A stretch of 63,258 bases of DNA, filler included. It is 7 parts of 7 records of this genome, joined end to end, with 100 filler letters (N's around TTAATTAATTAA, not from the genome) between each part and the next. Parts side by side here need not be neighbours in the genome. Positions count along the whole stretch, not along the records: positions 18,626 to 27,082 come from SRR2962707_2676; positions 27,183 to 37,889 come from SRR2962707_2677; 5 more parts are not named here. The stretch is one strand, 5' to 3'. Positions 20,425 to 29,761 of the stretch are shown here, in pieces (the first letter of the stretch is position 1; each line of letters begins with the position of its first letter). The translations under genes were made by a program, and so were the position numbers. The notes under the pieces were generated by a model. The model was not told where the DNA came from and made no database searches. It saw only the letters and a program-made list of their open reading frames with translations.

Positions 20425-21036
20425 TCACCGTTCCCGGCATTGGCTCTCCAGAATACGCTGCTGGTTCTCCTTGTCGAGAATCGGGAACAGACTCCGGCTG
20501 ACCCGGATCACGCCGACCTTCCAGGTGCGATCGGTCAGACAGACAAAGTGGCGGCTGTCTTTGTAGCCTTCCCCATACAGCGTGCTCTCCTCATGGCTCT
20601 CGCTGTAGCGGAACAGCGGTGTGCGGTGGCCGGTGAACAGAACCATGGTGCGGTCCCCGGGGCCATGGTAGTAGCGCACCTGGAAGTCCGCGCCCGGCGG
20701 TGCCAGCAGTAACAGCAGCGCGGAAAAGGCCAGGGCCGCCGTGATGGTGAACATCAGCCCGGGCCGCCGTCCGCGCAATTGGCGAATAAACAAAAGCGCG
20801 GTGACGAGGGTGGAGGCCGCCGTCAGCAGCGCCAGTAGCCAGGGCAGACCCCAGATCTGAGCGCCGGCGGCGCTGATGTCATCACCTATGGTCCGGTAGC
20901 CCGGGGCCACATAGTCCCAATCCAGCAACAGCGACATCAGAGTCAGGGCGGTCCAGCCCAAGGTCGCCACAATGGCAAGAATCAGCCCCGGTGCCGGGCG
21001 GTACAGGGGCGATTCGACGGTGCGCTCATCGCTCAT
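20425..21036 (-). CDS. Hypothetical 3-TM protein with short C-terminal Cys-pair domain
   Basis: GGAG RBS, three hydrophobic segments, 11-bp overlap with the upstream ORF. Confidence 0.7.
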   Translation of the reverse strand: MSDERTVESPLYRPAPGLILAIVATLGWTALTLMSLLLDWDYVAPGYRTIGDDISAAGAQIWGLPWLLALLTAASTLVTALLFIRQLRGRRPGLMFTITAALAFSALLLLLAPPGADFQVRYYHGPGDRTMVLFTGHRTPLFRYSESHEESTLYGEGYKDSRHFVCLTDRTWKVGVIRVSRSLFPILDKENQQRILESQCRER

Positions 21037-22744
21037 GGCGGCACTCCAGTGGTTCGCTGTAAATGTAGGTGCCGTCGGGTAGCACCACCTTGCAGGGGAG
21101 TTCCGCTTGTTCCAGGAACCGGTTGCGCTCGCGGGTCTGGCGCTTGAAGCCGCCAGGCGGCAGCATCAGGCCAAGCTGACAGACGTCCTCCGGTGGGCCG
21201 GCCATGTCCAGGCGGATCGGTTCGCCGCGCCATTGCCGGGCCAGATCGTAGAGCGTCTCCAGGGCGCTGTCGTGGCTCACCATCCAGGGCATGACGTACA
21301 GCGCCTGACACAGAGCGTTGGTGTCCCGTCTTGGTGTCAGCACGGCGGTGAACATGGGCACGATAGCCGGTAGGGGCAGAGTCTTTTCACTGAACTCGAA
21401 CTGCTCATAGACTTTTCGTACGGCCTTGCTGTGTCGTTTGAAACGTTCTTCCCGGGGCAGCTTGTCCATTTCAGCGCCCAGCATTCTCTGCTGGTGGTTG
21501 AAAACTCCGGCACCGGTGGCCCGGCGCAGCAGTGTAATCACCTGTTCGGAAGGTTCCGGGTCGGTGTAGAAACGGGCCAGTGCCACGCAATCCCGGGAGT
21601 CTTCCGCCTGGCTGGGCAAATTGGGCAGATTGACACTGATAATGCGCCGGGACACATCGGTGGCGCCTTTGGGTGTCGTTGCCCAGAGCCGGGACAGAAA
21701 CAACTGCAGCACGGCGCTGTCCGTTGGCACCGCGAGCCCTTGCTTTTTGAGAAAACCCGCGTAGTCCGCGTCGCAGTGGAGATTGGCCGCGGTGTAGTCG
21801 AATGCCCGGTAGCCGCCGGTCTCGCGCAGATGGGAGACGGACATCGGATCTTCCCCGCGCCAGCCAAAACCGGTGTCTTCACGTGGTGTCTCCACCGGTA
21901 CAAGGTCGGTCAGGCCCAGTTTGAACAGGGCATAGCGTTGATACCATTGGGCGTCGTCGGGCTGCAGCCAAGCCTGGACGTGTGGCCGGCTGCCGAGCAC
22001 CAGAGCGATGTCCGCCAAGGTGAGCGGGGCCGGGGAGGCCGGATCGGTGTGCAGCAGTTTCGCCAAAGCACCGCGCAGTGGCTCGCCCACATCGGTCAGT
22101 TGCAGTGCGAGCCGGCCTTTCTCGGCGTGATGTTGATCAAGCAAGGCTCTGGCCCGGTCGGCATCGCCCCTCACCAGAGCGCCTTCCAGCCCGTCCAATT
22201 GCGTCATCAATTGATGGCGGAAGCGCAGACATTCCTCCATTCCGCCGGTGCGCGATTCGGTCAGGGCCTCGGGCGTGCGCCAGCGATAATGCTGCTGGAA
22301 ACGAAACAGGCCCCGGGCTTCCACCCGCTCTTCAATGCAGGCCGTGGGGCCGGAAGCAGGCTCGTTGAAGTTCACCAGTTCGGTGGTCATGGACTGACGC
22401 CGCCAGCCTTCACCCACCAGTTCCGGCAGAGAGCGGAGTGACACGGTAATCCCTTCGCCACCCCAGTCCAGTTGCACCAGCCTCATGGGTGAGGCGACCA
22501 GCATCAGCACGGCGATCCCGGCCAGTATCAGGAGGGGGCCGCGCGGACGCCGGCGTAGTAGCAGTATCAACGCTAGGCCCAGGAGAAGGGCAGCGCAAAA
22601 GAAGTGAACGCCGGCCTGGGCATAGCGGTCCAGAAAAAACGGGGAGGCGGCCCTGGCGGTGGTCCAGGCCAGCCCGGCCAGGACGGCGGCCACGATCAGA
22701 CACAGCAAGGCGGTGATGCGGGACCAGACGGGGTTGATGCGCAT
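21026..22744 (-). CDS. Hypothetical 3-TM protein with large Cys-containing C-terminal domain (572 aa)
   Basis: Start at MRINPV after AGGAG RBS; three N-terminal hydrophobic segments; long open frame. Confidence 0.75.
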   Translation of the reverse strand: MRINPVWSRITALLCLIVAAVLAGLAWTTARAASPFFLDRYAQAGVHFFCAALLLGLALILLLRRRPRGPLLILAGIAVLMLVASPMRLVQLDWGGEGITVSLRSLPELVGEGWRRQSMTTELVNFNEPASGPTACIEERVEARGLFRFQQHYRWRTPEALTESRTGGMEECLRFRHQLMTQLDGLEGALVRGDADRARALLDQHHAEKGRLALQLTDVGEPLRGALAKLLHTDPASPAPLTLADIALVLGSRPHVQAWLQPDDAQWYQRYALFKLGLTDLVPVETPREDTGFGWRGEDPMSVSHLRETGGYRAFDYTAANLHCDADYAGFLKKQGLAVPTDSAVLQLFLSRLWATTPKGATDVSRRIISVNLPNLPSQAEDSRDCVALARFYTDPEPSEQVITLLRRATGAGVFNHQQRMLGAEMDKLPREERFKRHSKAVRKVYEQFEFSEKTLPLPAIVPMFTAVLTPRRDTNALCQALYVMPWMVSHDSALETLYDLARQWRGEPIRLDMAGPPEDVCQLGLMLPPGGFKRQTRERNRFLEQAELPCKVVLPDGTYIYSEPLECRHER

Positions 22745-22931
22745 GCGGGCTCCTTTCCCTCCGCCCCGGTGGCGTAGCAACTTTGGACAGACTCCAGGGG
22801 CGAAGCGAATGGTATTGAATGATGGCGGTACTGGCCACCCGCCGCTGTCCCGGAATGGTAAAAAGGGCATGCTATGCTGCATGGCGATGTTGAGTACCTT
22901 ACATTGCGTGAGAACGGGTGTTGGAGGGACC

Positions 22932-23801
22932 ATGAGCATTCTGCAGCTTCCCCAGGCGGTGCCCACGGCGATACTGATGGATTGGCACGCCACCCTGGTG
23001 GATACCCATGACGCCATGTATCACGCCATCGACGATGTGCTGCCCCGTCTGGAAGCGCTGGGCCTGCGTGACCGGCTGCTGACCACTGAGCAGTCGAAGA
23101 CGCTGGAAGACGCCCGTTTGGTCAAATACGTCCGTGACCACCACCGTCTGCACCCGAAAATCACCGCCCAGCGCAAAATCTCGCGCACCGATATCTTCGA
23201 AGTGCTGTTCGGCTCGGATCAGGACGCCAAGGCCCGTATCCACGCGGCCTTCGATGACTGCTACAAGAAGTACGTGGACGATGTCCACGCGCTGGAGCCG
23301 GATACCACCTCACAGTTGCGCCGGTTGCGGGAGCTGGGCATTCCCATGGGCATCATCAGCAATCGCAAAAGAGACTATCTGGAGCACGAGTTGAGCCGGC
23401 TGGAGGACGGGGCCTGGATCGAGCTGTTCGATGTGATCGTCTGCGGCGATGACGTGGCCCACCGAAAGCCAGCTCCGGATATGCTTCTCGAAGCATTACG
23501 GCGGCTTGGGCAGCAGCCCGGCCCCACCTGCTGGTATCTGGGCGACAGCACCACCGACGTGATCGCGGGCAAGGACGCCGGTGTCACCGCCGTGTTCTAC
23601 AACGGCGCCCAATGGCCGCAGTCCTGGCTCGACAAGATCTTCCCCGGTTCGCCACGCCACCCGCATCGCCCGGATGCGGTGGTTACCCGTTTCGGGGAGC
23701 TGGTGCGGCTTGTGCGTGACATGGTGGCCAATGGCAAACGGGTCCAGCGGGCGACGGAAGCGGCCTTCACCCCTCCTGAAGGCAGGCTTAGGGAAAACTG
23801 A
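22932..23801 (+). CDS. HAD-superfamily hydrolase (Gph-like, atypical motif I)
   Basis: LMDWHATLVDT, GIISNRK, KPAPD, YLGDSTTD; GGAGG RBS. Confidence 0.85.
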   Translation: MSILQLPQAVPTAILMDWHATLVDTHDAMYHAIDDVLPRLEALGLRDRLLTTEQSKTLEDARLVKYVRDHHRLHPKITAQRKISRTDIFEVLFGSDQDAKARIHAAFDDCYKKYVDDVHALEPDTTSQLRRLRELGIPMGIISNRKRDYLEHELSRLEDGAWIELFDVIVCGDDVAHRKPAPDMLLEALRRLGQQPGPTCWYLGDSTTDVIAGKDAGVTAVFYNGAQWPQSWLDKIFPGSPRHPHRPDAVVTRFGELVRLVRDMVANGKRVQRATEAAFTPPEGRLREN

Positions 23802-23926
23802 ATTGTCTCCATTGGCCCGGGCGGGCAGTGTGATAGAGCCGGCCCGACGGCACGGCCCGGTGATGACAACAACAATTCAGTGATTGGGGCTGTGGATGCG
23901 TGCTTGGGCCCCAGGAGAAGTACACT

Positions 23927-25036
23927 ATGACTCTGACTGCCCGTACGGCCGGTTTGGCCGCCTTCTGTCTGACCCTGTTCAGTGGTATCGCCAGCGCCGC
24001 CAATTTGTCTTACTCCTCTCCGTTTCCCAGCAACCACACCACCGTGGCCAAGGGCATTGAGCCTTTCGCCAAAGCCGTGGAGGAGGCTTCCGGCGGTGAG
24101 GTCAAGCTGACCGTCTATTCCGGTGGCGTGATGGCCAAGGGGCCGGCGACGCTGTCCACTATTCAGCGTGGTATCGTCGACTCCGGCCTGGTGGTCCCGG
24201 CCTGGGTCACCAGCCAGATTCCGGCCACCGATACCATTGCCTCGCTGATGCTGGCGGTAAGCGACGCCCGTGTCGCCGCGGCCGCCGCCAACGAGTATTA
24301 CCTGTTGAAATGCCCCGAGTGCATGGACGAACACCTCAAGCACAACGCCCGCCCGCTGGCGTACTATGGTTCCGCTCCGTACCACTTTGAATGTCGGCAA
24401 CAGCTCGACGGCCTGGAAGATCTGGCCGGCAAGCGGGTGCGTGCCACCAGCACGCCATTGGTGAACTGGGTGGAGCAATTCGGCGCCACCATCGTCGCGG
24501 TCCCCACCGAGGACATCTATCAGGCGCTGCAGCGTGGACAGGCGGACTGCAACGTCGGCCCGCTGGCCTACATGCACACGCTCAATCTGAAGGAAGTGGT
24601 GAAGTGGGTCAGTGATATGCCGTTCGGTTCCTATTACGGCGCCACCGTCCTGGAAGTGAACGACAAAACCTGGAAAAAACTTTCTGATGACGAGCGCGCG
24701 GTGATCTCGTCCCAGTTGGCGAAACTGGTTCGCGACGTCACCGAAGGCTACGAAGATGATTCCGCCAAGGCGCGTTCCGAAGGCGAAGCCGCCGGCGTGG
24801 TATTCGCCAAGCCTTCCGAAACCGAGAGCAAGAAGCTGGCCGATCATGTCGATAGCGAATTCCGGCGGGTGCTGGCGCTGGCCAAGGAGCGTGGGGTTGG
24901 CGGTGATGACCCGGCCGCTTTTCTCCAGGGGTTCCTGGACACTCTGAGCAAATGGGAAAAACTCGTCGCCGACCTGGACGGTGACTACGATGCCTATCAG
25001 CAGGCACTGCAAGACGAAATTTTCTCCAAGCTGTAG
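23927..25036 (+). CDS. dctP: TRAP transporter substrate-binding protein
   Basis: Signal peptide; LEDLAGKRVRA, DIYQALQRGQAD; followed by dctQ and dctM. Confidence 0.88.
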   Translation: MTLTARTAGLAAFCLTLFSGIASAANLSYSSPFPSNHTTVAKGIEPFAKAVEEASGGEVKLTVYSGGVMAKGPATLSTIQRGIVDSGLVVPAWVTSQIPATDTIASLMLAVSDARVAAAAANEYYLLKCPECMDEHLKHNARPLAYYGSAPYHFECRQQLDGLEDLAGKRVRATSTPLVNWVEQFGATIVAVPTEDIYQALQRGQADCNVGPLAYMHTLNLKEVVKWVSDMPFGSYYGATVLEVNDKTWKKLSDDERAVISSQLAKLVRDVTEGYEDDSAKARSEGEAAGVVFAKPSETESKKLADHVDSEFRRVLALAKERGVGGDDPAAFLQGFLDTLSKWEKLVADLDGDYDAYQQALQDEIFSKL

Positions 25037-25127
25037 CCGATAGAGCGACGGGCGGCGCCTTCACCGGTGGCCGCCGTGTCCTCCCTTTTCAAGACGCCCT
25101 TTCAAGCCTCTTTTTTAAGGAAATACA

Positions 25128-25685
25128 ATGAAGGCTCTCGACCGTCTGCTGATGCGGTTGGTGCAGGGGTTCGCCCTGATCGCCGCCTGCGCCATGCTGG
25201 TGATGATGGGCCAGGTGACGCTGGATGTGTTGTTGCGCTGGCTCGCCAACCACCCGATCGATGGCACCCTGGAACTGGTCGCCAACTACTACATGGTGGC
25301 GTTGATTTTCCTGCCCCTGGGGCTGCTGACCTATACCCGTGATCACATCACCGTGGAGCTGTTTACCCGGCATATGGGCGAGCGCCCGCTAGCCGGGCTC
25401 GATCTGCTCGGTAACGTGGTGGCGTTGGTTTACGTCGGCGTTCTGATCTGGATGGGGGCGCTGGAAGCCTGGGATATGACCCTGATCGGTGAAACCTGGA
25501 CCGCCGGTGTTGGCGAGATCGTGGTGTGGCCGGCCCGTTGGCTGGTACCCGCTGGCGGTCTGCTGATGGCGGCACTGTTCCTGCTGCACGCGGTGGATGA
25601 CCTGATCATGCTCGTTGCCGGTCAACGCTCACTGGAGCCGATCAATCCGTTCTCCGCGTGGGACCAAGACGACACCGTGGCCTGA
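25128..25685 (+). CDS. dctQ: TRAP transporter small permease
   Basis: 4 TM; HITVELF motif. Confidence 0.85.
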   Translation: MKALDRLLMRLVQGFALIAACAMLVMMGQVTLDVLLRWLANHPIDGTLELVANYYMVALIFLPLGLLTYTRDHITVELFTRHMGERPLAGLDLLGNVVALVYVGVLIWMGALEAWDMTLIGETWTAGVGEIVVWPARWLVPAGGLLMAALFLLHAVDDLIMLVAGQRSLEPINPFSAWDQDDTVA

Positions 25686-25695
25686 GGAATTTGTC

Positions 25696-27003
25696 ATGAC
25701 CGATATGATGATCGGCCTGAGCGGCGTCGGCATTCTGCTGCTGCTCATGGCTTTGCGTGTGCCCATTGCGGTGTCCCTGGGCGTGGTATCCCTGGGGGGA
25801 ATCGTTGCCCTGAGGGGGGTCGATCCGGCGCTGGGCATGCTGCGTGCCATGCCCTATGAATTCGGCGCCAGCTGGACCCTGTCGGCGGTGCCCATGTTTC
25901 TGTTGATGGGGGCGTTCGCTTACCATTCCGGCCTGACCCGGCTGCTTTACGACGCCGCCCGGCTTTGGCTGATGCGGGTGCCCGGCGGGCTCGCCCTGGC
26001 GACCAACTTCGGCTCCGCCGGTTTCGCGGCGGTATCCGGCTCCTCCATGGCCACCACCGCGTCCATGGGGCGGCTGGCCATTCCAGAGATGCTCCGCTAC
26101 GGCTATGACCGGGGGCTCGCCACCGGCACCGTGGCCGCGTCCGGCACCCTGGGAGCACTGATCCCGCCTTCGATTCTGTTCATTATCTACGGCTGGTACA
26201 CCGAGCAGTCGATCAGCAAGCTGTTTCTCGCCGGGGTTATTCCCGGCCTGCTCACCGCCGTTTTCTTCGCCTCCATGATCGTAATCCGTTGCTGGCTTAA
26301 TCCGAAGTTGGCGCCGCAACGGCATGAGCAGGTGAGCTGGGCGGAACGCATGGCCAGTCTGCGCGCGGTATGGCCATTGCCGTTGTTGGTGCTGGGCGTG
26401 CTCGGCAGTATCTACGGCGGTGTCGCCAGCCCCACCGAAGCCGGGGCTCTCGGAGCCGCCATGACACTGGCCATTGCGCTGCTGCAACGGCGTTTGCCCT
26501 GGCGTGCCTTTTGCGCGTCGCTGGCGGAAGCTCTGCGTACCACCGCATCGATTTTCTTCATCGCCATCGGCGCGGTCATGCTGACCCGTTTCCTGGCCAT
26601 GGCCGGTTTGTCCACCGGGCTGGTGGAACTGGTGACGTCCATGGATATGACCGTGGCCTGGGCCTTGCTGGCACTGGTACTGGTTTACCTGGTACTGGGT
26701 ATGTTCCTCGATCCGCTGGGGGTGATGCTGCTGACCCTGCCGGTGTTCCTGCCAGTATTCCATGCCCTGAACATGGATCTGATCTGGATCGGCGTGCTGG
26801 TGGTGAAGCTGATCGAGGTCGGACTGCTGACGCCGCCGGTAGGCATGAACGTCTACGTGGTGAAGAGCGTGGTGGGTGACCAGGTGGCTTTGGGCACCGT
26901 GTTCAAGGGGCTGCTCTGGTTCCTGCTGTGTGAAGCGCTGCTGTTGCTGCTGCTGGGCAGCTTCCCGCAGCTGGCGCTATGGTTGCCGAATCTGGTGGGC
27001 TGA
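25696..27003 (+). CDS. dctM: TRAP transporter large permease
   Basis: AVPMFLLMG, SGSSMAT, GTLGALIPPS, LLTPPVGMNVYV. Confidence 0.92.
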   Translation: MTDMMIGLSGVGILLLLMALRVPIAVSLGVVSLGGIVALRGVDPALGMLRAMPYEFGASWTLSAVPMFLLMGAFAYHSGLTRLLYDAARLWLMRVPGGLALATNFGSAGFAAVSGSSMATTASMGRLAIPEMLRYGYDRGLATGTVAASGTLGALIPPSILFIIYGWYTEQSISKLFLAGVIPGLLTAVFFASMIVIRCWLNPKLAPQRHEQVSWAERMASLRAVWPLPLLVLGVLGSIYGGVASPTEAGALGAAMTLAIALLQRRLPWRAFCASLAEALRTTASIFFIAIGAVMLTRFLAMAGLSTGLVELVTSMDMTVAWALLALVLVYLVLGMFLDPLGVMLLTLPVFLPVFHALNMDLIWIGVLVVKLIEVGLLTPPVGMNVYVVKSVVGDQVALGTVFKGLLWFLLCEALLLLLLGSFPQLALWLPNLVG

Positions 27004-27032
27004 GAAAAAACAAGTATCGCATAACGCACACG

Positions 27033-27078
27033 CTGGGGGTGGCTGCAAGCCGATTCGCCGCCAAGGCAGCTCCCACAG
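27033..27078. repeat. REP-like inverted pair
   Basis: Minus strand CTGTGGGAGCTGCCTTGGCGGCGAAT resembles gammaproteobacterial GTGGGAGC-type REPs; degenerate partner at left; at contig end. Confidence 0.5.
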
Positions 27079-27082
27079 CGGC

Positions 27083-27182
27083 NNNNNNNNNNNNNNNNNN
27101 NNNNNNNNNNNNNNNNNNNNNNNNNNTTAATTAATTAANNNNNNNNNNNNNNNNNNNNNNNNNNNNNNNNNNNNNNNNNNNN
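27083..27182. other. Artificial contig spacer
   Basis: N-run + TTAATTAATTAA + N-run. Confidence 0.99.
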
Positions 27183-27183
27183 T

Positions 27184-27438
27184 GACGGTATCAATGAAAT
27201 CAAGCAATTCAAGAAGGGCAAATTGGCTCTACGAACACATGAGCTTTCTGAGCCCTCACCGCCCAAAGTGATTAGGCTGAAGTTGAATATGTCGCAATCA
27301 GCGTTTGCAGGTCTTATGGGAGTGAGCGTGCGAACTCTTCAGGATTGGGAGCAAGGACGCAGGGAGCCACAAGGCCCAGCGGTTGCTCTTTTGCGCATTG
27401 CTGAACAACACCCGGAAGTTTTTAATCAGCTTCACTGA
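27184..27438 (+). CDS. Xre-HTH antitoxin (HigA-2/NadS-like), 5'-truncated
   Basis: IRLKLNMSQSAFAGLMGVSVRTLQDWEQGRREPQGPA. Confidence 0.8.
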   Translation, partial: DGINEIKQFKKGKLALRTHELSEPSPPKVIRLKLNMSQSAFAGLMGVSVRTLQDWEQGRREPQGPAVALLRIAEQHPEVFNQLH

Positions 27439-27449
27439 CCAAGATGAGG

Positions 27450-27526
27450 TGTCATCAAGCTATGTACCGGATGCCAGAACCCCCGCTTCGCTGTGGCTGT
27501 GTCATCGGTGATGGTGGGAGTTGTAA
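27450..27526 (+). repeat. Degenerate attC-like site
   Basis: TGTACCGGATGCC pairs imperfectly with GTCATCGGTGATG; ends GTTGTAA just before the next ATG. Confidence 0.55.
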
Positions 27527-27532
27527 ATAATT

Positions 27533-28159
27533 ATGGGCATAGAGATCGCTGACATACTAAAAGAGCATTCCGTCACCTTAGTCTTTGCAGTGATGGTGTC
27601 GGTTGTTGGGCTAGCTCTGAAAGTTGCCAAAAGCATTTACGACTTCTATGAGGAGTACATTATTCGTAGATCATATAGGCGAATTGCTGATCTATCCGAG
27701 ATAGTCAAGGAGTCTGGGCTTCATAGGGATTTTCTAAGTGACTTGAAAAACAATGAGGTATTTAGGGTGGTCTCTGGAATAAAGTCATCACCAAAAAAGT
27801 CGAAAGCGTTAATGCGACTTTATTTATCGGGTAACGTTTCTCTTGATAGATTGCAAGGAATCTCGAGGTATTTGGAGCCCTCCTCTGACGGCGGACTAAA
27901 GCTGTCGATATCTAGGTTCGAGAAGTTCGCCTCTTTATACTCTTTAGTCTCGGCTTCGATAATTTTCTTTCTTGGTCTTCTGATGGCCACTCAGCTACTG
28001 TTTTCAGATAACAGTGTAACCAGCTTCCTAGGAATGTTAGTGATGTTGGTTTTTTCATTCTTGGCAAGGCTTATGTCTAAGGACTTCAGAAATTTGCGAG
28101 ATGTAAAGAAAATCGATCTCAGCGAGGTATCTAATAACTCACTTGCAGATGAACGCTGA
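27533..28159 (+). CDS. Hypothetical membrane protein
   Basis: 208-aa ORF, 1 N-terminal and 2 C-terminal TM, AT-richer than neighbours. Confidence 0.75.
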   Translation: MGIEIADILKEHSVTLVFAVMVSVVGLALKVAKSIYDFYEEYIIRRSYRRIADLSEIVKESGLHRDFLSDLKNNEVFRVVSGIKSSPKKSKALMRLYLSGNVSLDRLQGISRYLEPSSDGGLKLSISRFEKFASLYSLVSASIIFFLGLLMATQLLFSDNSVTSFLGMLVMLVFSFLARLMSKDFRNLRDVKKIDLSEVSNNSLADER

Positions 28160-28220
28160 TATATCGATTGAGTGAGGCATTGATGTGCCGCGTCACCTGC
28201 AGATCATAGAAGAGAATCCT

Positions 28221-28622
28221 ATGACTAAGCATGTCGGTTCTTGCCTGTGTGGCACAGCGAAATTTGAGGTCCATGGGGACTTCGACAGCTTTTACCTGTG
28301 TCATTGTGAGTATTGCCAGAAAGATACGGGATCCGCTCATGCGGCAAATTTATTCTCGCAGTCAGCTAAATTGGTCTGGCAGTCGGGTGTAGATGCTGTG
28401 ACTTCCTTTACGCTCCCTGGCACTCGTCATAACAAAAGCTTCTGTAAGTTGTGTGGTTCGGCATTGCCAAACACTCAGGTCGCAGGTTTGCTCGTTGTTC
28501 CCGCAGGGTGTTTGGACACTGAAGTCTCTGTGTTGCCAACTGCGCACATCTTTACATCGAGCAGAGCGGTTTGGGACGAAGCGATTGGAGACGTGCCAGA
28601 GTTCGAGGTCCTGCCAGAGTGA
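28221..28622 (+). CDS. GFA/CENP-V family protein
   Basis: GSCLCG, CHCEYCQK, FCKLCGS. Confidence 0.9.
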   Translation: MTKHVGSCLCGTAKFEVHGDFDSFYLCHCEYCQKDTGSAHAANLFSQSAKLVWQSGVDAVTSFTLPGTRHNKSFCKLCGSALPNTQVAGLLVVPAGCLDTEVSVLPTAHIFTSSRAVWDEAIGDVPEFEVLPE

Positions 28623-28687
28623 GCTAGGATCACATAACCAGAGATTCTTGGCGGAAGAGCATGCTCTGGCGCGTTTAGCAGAGTGAA

Positions 28688-28759
28688 ATATAAAAAACCG
28701 TTCAAACCAACCGGTACTTCGCTGTGTTCGGCACCGGCGCTTTAAAGTAGACGTTACCT
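28688..28759 (+). repeat. Degenerate attC-like site
   Basis: ATATAAA..GTTCAAACCAACCGGTAC-loop-GCACCGGCGCTTTAAA..CGTTACCT; unpaired bases at attC-typical positions. Confidence 0.65.
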
Positions 28760-28764
28760 CAGTT

Positions 28765-29202
28765 ATGAAACAACAATCGCAATCTGAAGCAGATATTGCT
28801 CACGAGGATCGAGTGGTCCTGTTCGACGGAGTGTGCCGATTGTGTTCCGCTTGGGCGCGGTTCCTCATCAGGTTCGATAGAGAACGTCGATTCAAGTTGG
28901 CGACTGTTCAGTCACCTGAAGGCCAGGCCATTCTGGAATCGCATGGTTTCCCAACGGATTCATTCGAAACCATGCTGCTTGTTGAAGGGCCCAACATATA
29001 CACGAAGTCCTCAGCGTTTTTCAGAGTAATGCTTCGGTTACCATGGCCGTGGCCACTTTTCTGTATTGGCTGGGTTGTCCCCTCAGTCATTCGGGACTGG
29101 CTTTACGACCGCATCGCACTAAATCGTTACAAGCTTTTCGGTCGCTATGAAGTTTGTATGATTCCGGATAAAGATCATGATTCGAGGTTCCTGGGCGAGT
29201 AG
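28765..29202 (+). CDS. DCC1/DUF393 thiol-disulfide oxidoreductase family
   Basis: VLFDGVCRLC, RDWLYDRIALNRYKLFG. Confidence 0.9.
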   Translation: MKQQSQSEADIAHEDRVVLFDGVCRLCSAWARFLIRFDRERRFKLATVQSPEGQAILESHGFPTDSFETMLLVEGPNIYTKSSAFFRVMLRLPWPWPLFCIGWVVPSVIRDWLYDRIALNRYKLFGRYEVCMIPDKDHDSRFLGE

Positions 29203-29596
29203 CCCATTTTTTAGCTATGCAGTCTGCCGTGGCGCTATCGCCTTTATTTGGTTCTATCATGGCTTGATTCCGAAACTGCTCTATCCGCATGAGGATGAAC
29301 TGGCTATGGGGATGGCAGCGGGCTTTTCACCGGCTGGTGCGTTGCAGTTGGCAACTATCGGTGGCGTACTAGAGATCACCATGTCGGCTGTTGTCTTGAT
29401 ATTTTGGCGCCAGCGATGGCCGATAGTCGTTACATTGATTGCAATGATCGGCTTGCTGGCATTTGTGGCTCTGATGCAGCCCATGCTGCTTGGGGCAGCC
29501 TTCAACCCTGTGTCAACGAATGTCGCTGTAGCCGCGCTTGCAATCGTTAGTTTGCACCTTCTGAGCGTGGTAGAGAGTGGTAACCACGAGGATTAA
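29177..29596 (+). CDS. DoxX-like membrane protein (start uncertain)
   Basis: IWFYHGLIPKL, AFNPVSTN; 4 TM. Confidence 0.7.
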   Translation: MIRGSWASSPFFSYAVCRGAIAFIWFYHGLIPKLLYPHEDELAMGMAAGFSPAGALQLATIGGVLEITMSAVVLIFWRQRWPIVVTLIAMIGLLAFVALMQPMLLGAAFNPVSTNVAVAALAIVSLHLLSVVESGNHED

Positions 29597-29740
29597 TGGC
29601 GAGCTCATTAGCCTCGGTAACCCAATTTCAGACGGTAGCTTGGTAGTGTATTACCATCAGCTACTCGTGCACCCAGATCAACACGGTAAAGGTGTTGGTA
29701 GGAAAATAGTTGAGGCGATGCAGCGGCGAATGCCAAAGAT
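29577..29740 (+). pseudogene. Internal fragment of a GNAT acetyltransferase
   Basis: [36 protein letters not shown] = GNAT motif A lacking both termini. Confidence 0.65.
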
Positions 29741-29761
29741 ATGGACTTACCCGGCCTTCGT

